DNA from: Litchfieldia suaedae
GTDB lineage: Bacteria > Bacillota > Bacilli > Bacillales > Bacillaceae_L
Length of the DNA stretch: 24,000 bases
Direction of reading: 5' to 3'
NCBI GenBank assembly: GCA_014960805.1
Contig: CP063163.1
Location: 1,233,584 to 1,257,583, forward strand
Under the pieces are notes generated by a model, which was given only the letters and a program-made list of their open reading frames with translations, searched no databases and was not told the DNA's origin. Both the position numbers and the translations under genes were made by a program. Positions within the stretch are counted from its first letter, which is position 1, and the number at the start of each line of letters is the position of its first letter. This document shows, piece by piece, positions 17,377 through 24,000 of this stretch.

Positions 17377-19065
17377 ATGACTGTTATGAAAATTAGAGAT
17401 ATAAAGAAAAGCTTTGGAGATAAAGTGATTTTAGAAAAAGTGAATGCAGATTTTAAAAAAGGAGACCGTATTGGGCTTGTAGGGAATAATGGAGCAGGGA
17501 AAACGACGTTAGCGAATATTATTTATGGAAAAATCCAACCGGATTCGGGGACGGTTAACATTAGTAAACAAGGCCTGAAAATGGGCTTTTTACTACAATC
17601 GACGGAATATACGGTAACTGATTTTAAAGAGGTAATGAATACAAGTCCAAAGAGAGATCTTCTCATGCACTCGAGCCAATTAGGATTGAAAAAACTCCAG
17701 GAATGGGATGGAGAGCGACTTCAGCATTTAAGTGGTGGTGAGAAGCTTAAACTATCTCTTGCTAGGATATGGGCAGCAAAACCAGATGTCCTTATTTTAG
17801 ATGAGCCAACAAATCATCTCGATTATCAGGGGGTGGAGTGGTTAGTTGGAGAAATAAAACAATTCGCAGGGACCGTTATTATTATTTCACATGATCGTTA
17901 TTTTCTAGATCAGACGGTGAGTCAGGTACTAGAATTAGACAATGGAAAAGCCACGGTTTATAAGGGTAACTACTCTGAGTATCGTGAAGAAAAAGAAAGA
18001 CGCTTTCTTGAACAAATGCACCATTATGAAGTACAACAAAAACGTAAGGAAAAGGTCGAGCAGCAAATCGAGAATCTTCAAAATTGGTCTGATAAAGCCC
18101 ACAAGCAATCGACAAAACAGGACGGTTACAAAGAGTATTACCGGATGAAGGCAAAGAAAATGGATGTCCAAGTAAAGTCGAAAAGGAAGAGGCTTGAAAA
18201 AGAGCTTGAGCAGAATAAAGTAGAGAGGCCAGTAGAAGAGAGTAAGGTACATTTTCAGTTTGGATCTAGTGGCAAACGTGGGAGTAGTATTATTGAAGCT
18301 CGTGGGATTTCGAAGTCCTTTGGAGAACGAGTGCTTTTTGATGATAGCCATTTTTATATAAAGCATGGTGAACGAATAGGGATTTTTGGAGAAAATGGCT
18401 GTGGGAAAACAACACTAATAAAAACTATACTAGACCAGATTGCTTTATCGAAGGGAGAATTGTGGAAAAGTGATTCATTGAAAATTGGCTATCTAAGTCA
18501 AGATGTAGATGAACTAGACACTCAGAAGACGGCTTTAGAAAGCTTGGGCATTTACGACCGAGATGAGATTAGTAGGGTTAGAACAATTTTTGCAAACATT
18601 GGGCTAAAAGAAGACAAAATCACGAAACCCATCTCAACTCTAAGCTTAGGAGAGCGAACAAGGGTAAAGCTTGTAGGTAGGCTCCTAAAGAATCTAGACT
18701 TACTAATTTTGGATGAGCCGACAAATCACTTGGACCTGGCAAGTCGCGAAAGCTTAGAAAAAACGCTAGAAGAGTTTGCTGGAACAATATTGGTGATTTC
18801 TCATGATGTGTATTTTACGAACAAGTTATGTGATAAATTGTTAGTCTTTGAAGAGAAGAAAATAAAGCGTTTGGAAAAAAGTCTAACAGAGTACTTGAAA
18901 AAGCAAGAGCCTATTAGTGAGAATAAAGAAGATTTATTAGTATTACAAAATAAAATAACTGCTCTACTAGGTGAAATCTCATTACTAACGAGAGAAGATC
19001 CAAAATACAGTGAGATAGATCAGAAGTTGACAGAACTAATGAAACGGAAGCGGGCTTTGGGATAA
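17377..19065 (+). CDS. VmlR-like ABC-F ribosomal protection protein (Vga/VmlR-type antibiotic resistance ABC-F)
   Basis: Tandem NBDs GNNGAGKTTL / LSGGEKLKL / [11 protein letters not shown] and GENGCGKTTL / LSLGERTRV / [11 protein letters not shown]; inter-domain linker 'NWSDKAHKQSTKQDGYKEYYRMKAKKMDVQVKSKRKRLEKELEQ' closely resembles B. subtilis VmlR. SD GAGG before ATG17377. Confidence 0.88.
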   Translation: MTVMKIRDIKKSFGDKVILEKVNADFKKGDRIGLVGNNGAGKTTLANIIYGKIQPDSGTVNISKQGLKMGFLLQSTEYTVTDFKEVMNTSPKRDLLMHSSQLGLKKLQEWDGERLQHLSGGEKLKLSLARIWAAKPDVLILDEPTNHLDYQGVEWLVGEIKQFAGTVIIISHDRYFLDQTVSQVLELDNGKATVYKGNYSEYREEKERRFLEQMHHYEVQQKRKEKVEQQIENLQNWSDKAHKQSTKQDGYKEYYRMKAKKMDVQVKSKRKRLEKELEQNKVERPVEESKVHFQFGSSGKRGSSIIEARGISKSFGERVLFDDSHFYIKHGERIGIFGENGCGKTTLIKTILDQIALSKGELWKSDSLKIGYLSQDVDELDTQKTALESLGIYDRDEISRVRTIFANIGLKEDKITKPISTLSLGERTRVKLVGRLLKNLDLLILDEPTNHLDLASRESLEKTLEEFAGTILVISHDVYFTNKLCDKLLVFEEKKIKRLEKSLTEYLKKQEPISENKEDLLVLQNKITALLGEISLLTREDPKYSEIDQKLTELMKRKRALG

Positions 19066-19077
19066 ATTGTGTCTTAA

Positions 19078-19129
19078 GGGGCCTGACCCCCGGCGCTTTA
19101 AAGCTTTAGCGTGCCGGGGGTCAGGCCCC
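19078..19129. repeat. Large perfect palindrome (17-bp arms) downstream of the VmlR-like gene; possible terminator or REP-like element
   Basis: GGGGCCTGACCCCCGGC ... GCCGGGGGTCAGGCCCC with inner GCT/AGC extension and loop containing TTTAAAGCTTT. Confidence 0.85.
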
Positions 19130-19134
19130 ACTTT

Positions 19135-20514
19135 TTATCTTTGTTGGTCATTTTTTACTTTGTTGTTTTTTTGAAGAACTTTTAGTCCTGTGTTCATGCA
19201 GGATGCTAGGATGTAGTTTCTATCAACAAATACTCCCCATACGTCTGCATTTTCAGGTACGTATTTTGCAATTTGAACAGGGTTGCTTGGATCTGTAATG
19301 TCGACGGCACGGATTCCCCCAATGTAGTGAGATAAGTAAAGTGTATTGCCATGTACTTTAGGGTCATGAACAGTGTTATCGAATGTATTGCCGTCTTCTA
19401 CATTATCAGTTAGTTCTGTTTTGAACTCACTTAATAGTTTTGGTTGTGTAGGGCCTTTAATATCAAAAATACGTGTGTATCCATAAGATTCTTCATAGCC
19501 TTTTCTAACCGGGTAAGCTACCTCGCGGGTCTCAATTAAAACATTTCCACCTTTGGCAAGGGCAGCAGAGTGGGCAGCGCCTTGTTGATTCGAAGCAAAA
19601 TCCGTTCTACCAAGATAAACTGGGTTTTCAGGGTCTTTAATATCAAAAATAATGGTTCCTAAATCCCAAAATGAAACTAGGGCAGTAGTTCCGTTTGTAT
19701 CCGTCATTGTACTGTGGTTAAAGGCAGCTCTCACTTTTCCATCTGGGGCATGCCAGTGATAACCATTAAAGTCCTCGGGAACTTCTGGTAGACTTCTAGG
19801 ATCAAATTGGTAGATTGTAGTAGGTTCTGCTGGGTTCGTTACATCTACAATTTGAAAGTCTTTTGATTCTCCATGCGTATAGTAGTCAGCATATGGGTTA
19901 GCTGCTAACACTAAAGTACGGTCTCCTTGAGTTGTTAAATATAATTCATGAGTACCTGTAACACGTTGGTCTAATCCCCAGAAGCCTAGTTTTTTAGGAT
20001 TATAAGGATCAGTTACATCATAAAGTAGGAAGCCACCCTGTTCACTAGATGAACGTTTTAGTTTTTGTACACTGACAACAGCTAGGTCTCCACTGAACTC
20101 AGGTGTAGATACTGTTTTTACAATGACTTTTTCCTGCCAAGTTCCAGGTATATCTGTTGCAAATTGCGAAACTTCTTTTGGATTTGAAGGGTCTTTAAGA
20201 TCAAATACTCGAACCCCACCATTTCCTCCATTTCGCGTATGTGTGCCAACATAAGCAAAGCCTTTATGAGAGTATACATCTGCTGCATTATTTTTAACTC
20301 CGTTGATCTCTTTAAGTTCACTTGCAGCAACTTCTCTTAGATTACTGAGATTCTTTGAGCCTTCTAGAACAGGGACATTAATGGATGTAGAAGGTGTTCC
20401 GTCTCCCTTGTCGATACCGATTCCTCCTAATTCATCATGACCAAATCCTACTGGAGCAAATGCCGAAAATACAAGAGCACCTGCCATGACTGTGGTTATA
20501 AGTTTCTTTTTCAA
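19135..20514 (-). CDS. Secreted LVIVD repeat (beta-propeller) protein
   Basis: 459 aa, Sec signal peptide, repeated 'VRVFDLKDPSNPKEVSQF', 'LLYDVTDPYNPKKLGFW', 'RAVDITDPSNPVQIAKYVPE' motifs. Confidence 0.85.
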   Translation of the reverse strand: MKKKLITTVMAGALVFSAFAPVGFGHDELGGIGIDKGDGTPSTSINVPVLEGSKNLSNLREVAASELKEINGVKNNAADVYSHKGFAYVGTHTRNGGNGGVRVFDLKDPSNPKEVSQFATDIPGTWQEKVIVKTVSTPEFSGDLAVVSVQKLKRSSSEQGGFLLYDVTDPYNPKKLGFWGLDQRVTGTHELYLTTQGDRTLVLAANPYADYYTHGESKDFQIVDVTNPAEPTTIYQFDPRSLPEVPEDFNGYHWHAPDGKVRAAFNHSTMTDTNGTTALVSFWDLGTIIFDIKDPENPVYLGRTDFASNQQGAAHSAALAKGGNVLIETREVAYPVRKGYEESYGYTRIFDIKGPTQPKLLSEFKTELTDNVEDGNTFDNTVHDPKVHGNTLYLSHYIGGIRAVDITDPSNPVQIAKYVPENADVWGVFVDRNYILASCMNTGLKVLQKNNKVKNDQQR

Positions 20515-20942
20515 ATTAAATTCCTCCTTGGTATGTAATTTGGTGGAAAAGTTTGGAAAGTTTCTTAAGTTGTATGATTAATATAGCAAACGATTTTTTA
20601 TAGTAGAATAAAAACATTTTGATATATTACGACAATCGAAGGAATGATGAGTGACTCGTTGAAGTATTGTTGTGAAAGGGTATTTGCGTGGTGAATTAGA
20701 ACTAATTGTAGTAAGTAATCCCTAGTTGGATTACTTTGTTAAGATAGTAAAAAACGTAGTTTTTAATCCGATGGTAATACTTTTTAATAAGTCTTTTGAT
20801 AGAGGAAGCTTTACATGATTGAATTTGATTTGTTCTGGTTAATTAGAAGGAGAGGAATAGGCCTAAATGTGGGAGTAACCGTAGTGTAGTAAAGTTCACT
20901 TACTAAGTATTAGTATAGAAGTTTTAGCTAATAGGACATAAA

Positions 20943-20966
20943 AAAAGATGGTAGTACACCATCTTA
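20943..20966 (-). terminator. Intrinsic terminator of the 20964..21191 gene
   Basis: On minus: AAGATGG TGTACT... ACCATCTT followed by TTTTT. Confidence 0.8.
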
Positions 20967-21191
20967 TTCCCGAACATTGTCGAAATCATTTTTTAAAGAG
21001 GCTTGTGTTTTCTCAAGTTCAGCGATTCTACTTTTAATTGCTTGTCTAACTTCGTACGGATAATCGTTTGTAAATTCGGTATGCAAAACATCAAGGTGTT
21101 TTTGCAATGTTTGAAAAAGGTTCTTTTTACTGTTATTTACATCAATAAAAGGAATAACTTCACATGCTTCTGGCTGCTGATTGTTTTCCAT
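20964..21191 (-). CDS. Small hydrophilic hypothetical protein (75 aa)
   Basis: Intact ORF with its own terminator; MENNQQPEACEVIPFIDVNNSKKNLFQTLQKHLDVLHTEF... Confidence 0.7.
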   Translation of the reverse strand: MENNQQPEACEVIPFIDVNNSKKNLFQTLQKHLDVLHTEFTNDYPYEVRQAIKSRIAELEKTQASLKNDFDNVRE

Positions 21192-21332
21192 AATGAATGC
21201 TCCTTTATTTCATTTAGTCCTAGTTTTAACTGTGAAATGATTAATTAATCCTAGCTTTTTAAAAATTTCCAACTTTTAGTGTGAAATGAATTATAATTAA
21301 GTGGAAAATATTGATAACGAATAGGTGAAGTT

Positions 21333-22028
21333 ATGGAGAGAGTGTTATTAGTTGAAGACGAGGCTTCTATACGTAGGTTTGTAGCCATTAATTTAGAGAG
21401 GAATCAATTTGAGGTGATTGAAGCTTCAAACGGAGCTGATGCAAGGTTAGCCTTGGCAGGAGATGCGATTGACTTTGTGATATTGGATTTAATGTTACCT
21501 GATATAGACGGTTTTGTATTGTGTGAGGAAATACGAAAGTCGCATCCAAGTATTCCAATTATTATTTTATCTGCAAGAGGTGAAGACCTAGATCGAGTAA
21601 TGGGTTTAGAATTAGGTGCGGATGATTATATGGTTAAGCCTTTTAATCCATTAGAATTAATTGCAAGAATAAGGTCTGTTTTGCGAAGAACAAAGGTTCA
21701 AGTCAGCGAAGTAATTGACCATAAAATCATTTCAGGACCGTTCCAGCTAGATTCTCTATCAAAGCAAATCATAAAGTCAGGACAATTGCTAAAGTTAACT
21801 TTACGTGAGTTTCAAATCATGGAATATTTTATAACAAATAAAAATGTTTCCACTAGTCGCCATGATCTATTAGATGCAATATGGGGGAAAGATTATTTCG
21901 GGGATATTAAGACAGTAGATGTACATATTCGTAGATTACGAGAAAAGATTGAAGATGATCCTTCAAATCCAACTTATATTGAAACAGTTTGGGGCCATGG
22001 CTATCGTTTTTTTGAGGAGAATCTATGA
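21333..22028 (+). CDS. OmpR/PhoB-family response regulator
   Basis: 231 aa; receiver VLLVEDE...LDLMLPDIDG...K, winged-helix output 'LLKLTLREFQIMEYFI...VDVHIRRLREKIEDDPSNPTYIETVWGHGYRF'. Confidence 0.96.
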   Translation: MERVLLVEDEASIRRFVAINLERNQFEVIEASNGADARLALAGDAIDFVILDLMLPDIDGFVLCEEIRKSHPSIPIIILSARGEDLDRVMGLELGADDYMVKPFNPLELIARIRSVLRRTKVQVSEVIDHKIISGPFQLDSLSKQIIKSGQLLKLTLREFQIMEYFITNKNVSTSRHDLLDAIWGKDYFGDIKTVDVHIRRLREKIEDDPSNPTYIETVWGHGYRFFEENL

Positions 22029-23404
22029 AAAAAGGGATCAAACGGAGACTTGTTCTAAGTTATTTTTTAATGATATTTCTAACGGTTGTTTTATTTGAAG
22101 TAATCCTATTATTCTCAATCCGTTACTATTACTACAATACAATTGAGGACCATCTTACGAATCATGCAACGATATTCTCTTCTTTTTACAAAGAGTATCT
22201 TGACGACAATTCACTTGAGGAGAATTCACAATTCATCATAGATGAATACACTTCCTATGCACCAGCCCAAATCCAAATTATTAATATGGAAGGGCGATTG
22301 TTGGCCGACTCGCTAGGAAGCTCCCCTACTCAGATGAAAACGTTTGAAGATGTTAGAAGAGCTCTTAATGGAAATGTAGCCCAATATAGTGGAACACTTA
22401 ATGATTTGAAAGAAGAGGTCATGGCCGTTTCGTATCCACTGATGGCACACGATGAACAGGTTGGAGTCGTAAGGTTCATCTCTTCTCTAGTCCCGGTTAA
22501 ACAAGTTTTCCATAAGGTGATTTTGTATTTGCTACTCATTGGTACAATTGTATTATTCGTCGTTACACTTCTAAGTTACTTTCTAGCAAACACAGTGACT
22601 AAACCTGTGAAGAAAATCACAGAAGCAGCCCAGCAAATGGCGAGTGGAAATATGACCGTACGGGCAGAAAAAATATATGATGATGAGCTAGGAAAACTAG
22701 CAGACACCATGAATTTTATGGCGAGTGAGTTAGAACAGTTAGAGCAAGTAAAGAAGGAATTCATTGCATCTGTTTCTCATGAACTTAGGACTCCTTTAAC
22801 ATCGATAAAGGGGTGGGGAATTACCCTTCATTCAATGTCCGAAGATGAGCACATGAAAGAAGGCCTTGAAATTATGATTAGTGAAAGTGAACGACTAAAT
22901 GGGCTTGTTAATGATTTACTGGATTTCTCGAGTCTATCTTCTGGAAAAGTTCAGTTTACCTTTGAAGAGATTCAAGTAGTAGATTTGCTAGAACAGGTTT
23001 ACCAACAAATGCTACCGCGTAGTAAAAGGCTATTTATTTCATTCACTATGAATACAGAAAATCCTGAGTGTATTTTAAAAGTAGACAAAAACCGGATAAA
23101 GCAAGTGCTTATTAATGTGTTAGATAACGCATATAAGTTTACACAACAACAAGGTGAGATTAAGATTCACTCCTATAAGAGTGGAGAGAATTATGTCATT
23201 GAGGTGGAAGACACGGGGCATGGAATTGAAGCAGAGGATCTTGCAAAAATTACAAATAAGTTTTATAAAGGCAAATCAAAAGCCGGGGGCAGTGGTTTGG
23301 GACTTTCCATTTGTAAAGAAATTGTTTCACAACACAATGGAAGTTTAACGATTACAAGTGAAAAGGGAAAAGGAACGACTGTCAAAATTCAACTCCCACT
23401 GTAA
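22025..23404 (+). CDS. HAMP-domain sensor histidine kinase
   Basis: 459 aa; two TMs, HAMP, 'VSHELRTPLTSIKGW', N/G boxes 'NVLDNAYKF', 'VEDTGHGI', 'GGSGLGLSICKEIV'; overlaps the RR stop by 4 nt (ATGA). Confidence 0.96.
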   Translation: MKKGIKRRLVLSYFLMIFLTVVLFEVILLFSIRYYYYNTIEDHLTNHATIFSSFYKEYLDDNSLEENSQFIIDEYTSYAPAQIQIINMEGRLLADSLGSSPTQMKTFEDVRRALNGNVAQYSGTLNDLKEEVMAVSYPLMAHDEQVGVVRFISSLVPVKQVFHKVILYLLLIGTIVLFVVTLLSYFLANTVTKPVKKITEAAQQMASGNMTVRAEKIYDDELGKLADTMNFMASELEQLEQVKKEFIASVSHELRTPLTSIKGWGITLHSMSEDEHMKEGLEIMISESERLNGLVNDLLDFSSLSSGKVQFTFEEIQVVDLLEQVYQQMLPRSKRLFISFTMNTENPECILKVDKNRIKQVLINVLDNAYKFTQQQGEIKIHSYKSGENYVIEVEDTGHGIEAEDLAKITNKFYKGKSKAGGSGLGLSICKEIVSQHNGSLTITSEKGKGTTVKIQLPL

Positions 23405-23501
23405 CCTATCTGTAACCATTTTTAACTTTTTCATAACGATTAATGTTCCAAAAAGCTTTATTGTAAGGTTATAAAGAATTATTGGAGCTGGAGGAACAAA
23501 A

Positions 23502-24000
23502 ATGAAACTGAGAAATAGTTTAACTAGTTTGTTCGTTACAAGTCTACTGTTGGTTGGTGGGTGCAGTGTTTTACCTGAACCAGGAAGTCTGATTCAACCA
23601 CCTAAGCCACCAAATGCCACTTTTACCGAGCAAGGTGAAGAAAAGGATGCAATTGTACAATCATTTCTACCACCAGGAGCAAGTCTCATTACTCCATCTC
23701 AACCTACAGGGGCATCAGCGATTCAATCCATTGATATTAATTTTGACGGTACCGATGAAATGGTTGTTTCATATAAACAAAAAGGAACTCCTGGAGAAGT
23801 GGGGGTTATCCTGTTAAAAAAGAAGGATAAAGATTGGGAGATTCATTGGCGAGCGGAAGGGTTAGGTTATGATATTAGTTATGCAAGTGTTGCAGACCTT
23901 ACAGGCGATGCGATGCCAGAGATTCTACTTGGCTGGACGATTGGTGCTTCTGCAGGAAATAATCTAGATATCTATCAATGGAAGGAAAACAAGGTAGAAA
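23502..24000 (+). CDS. Lipoprotein, C-terminus off the right edge
   Basis: MKLRNSLTSLFVTSLLLVGGCSVLPEPGSLIQPPKPP...; lipobox LLVGGC, SD GGAGG; open to window end so absent from the track. Region 'SIDINFDGTDEMVVSY...ADLTGDAMPEILLGW' is FG-GAP/VCBS-like. Confidence 0.88.
   Translation, partial: MKLRNSLTSLFVTSLLLVGGCSVLPEPGSLIQPPKPPNATFTEQGEEKDAIVQSFLPPGASLITPSQPTGASAIQSIDINFDGTDEMVVSYKQKGTPGEVGVILLKKKDKDWEIHWRAEGLGYDISYASVADLTGDAMPEILLGWTIGASAGNNLDIYQWKENKVE

Noticed and set aside
17882-18366. Minus-strand ORFs (90 and 143 aa, F/L-rich)
   Set aside because: Antisense to the linker-coding part of the VmlR-like gene; low-complexity shadow translations of AAA/GAA-rich coding sequence.

Overview
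Chromosomal window from a spore-forming Bacillaceae-type Firmicute. It is mostly ordinary core and accessory genes. These include a left-edge Gly/Pro/Met-rich repeat protein, a LysM + SleB/CwlJ-type cell wall hydrolase, an SDR, a nucleoside hydrolase, a YkpA-type ABC-F, an alpha/beta-type SASP, a CobW-family GTPase and two GNATs. Further along are KtrC (K+ uptake gating), a DUF4003-like protein, a CNNM/hemolysin-type transporter, a ferritin-like DUF2383-type protein, a Gfo/Idh/MocA oxidoreductase, rpiA, a VmlR-like antibiotic-resistance ABC-F, an LVIVD-type secreted protein, an OmpR/HAMP-HK two-component pair and a right-edge lipoprotein. I found no mobile element, prophage, CRISPR array or obvious defence island. 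The most interesting material is non-coding or very small: (a) a compact leader with a short uORF and intrinsic terminator just ahead of the VmlR-like gene, which looks like a ribosome-mediated attenuator; (b) a multi-helix leader plus terminator ahead of the LysM hydrolase; (c) two copies of a dispersed palindromic element with a conserved core but different, still self-complementary ends; (d) a strong-SD, TTG-initiated 34-codon ORF ahead of the CNNM-type transporter; (e) a degenerate second ATPase site in the YkpA-type ABC-F; (f) a truncated DUF3231-like gene remnant.
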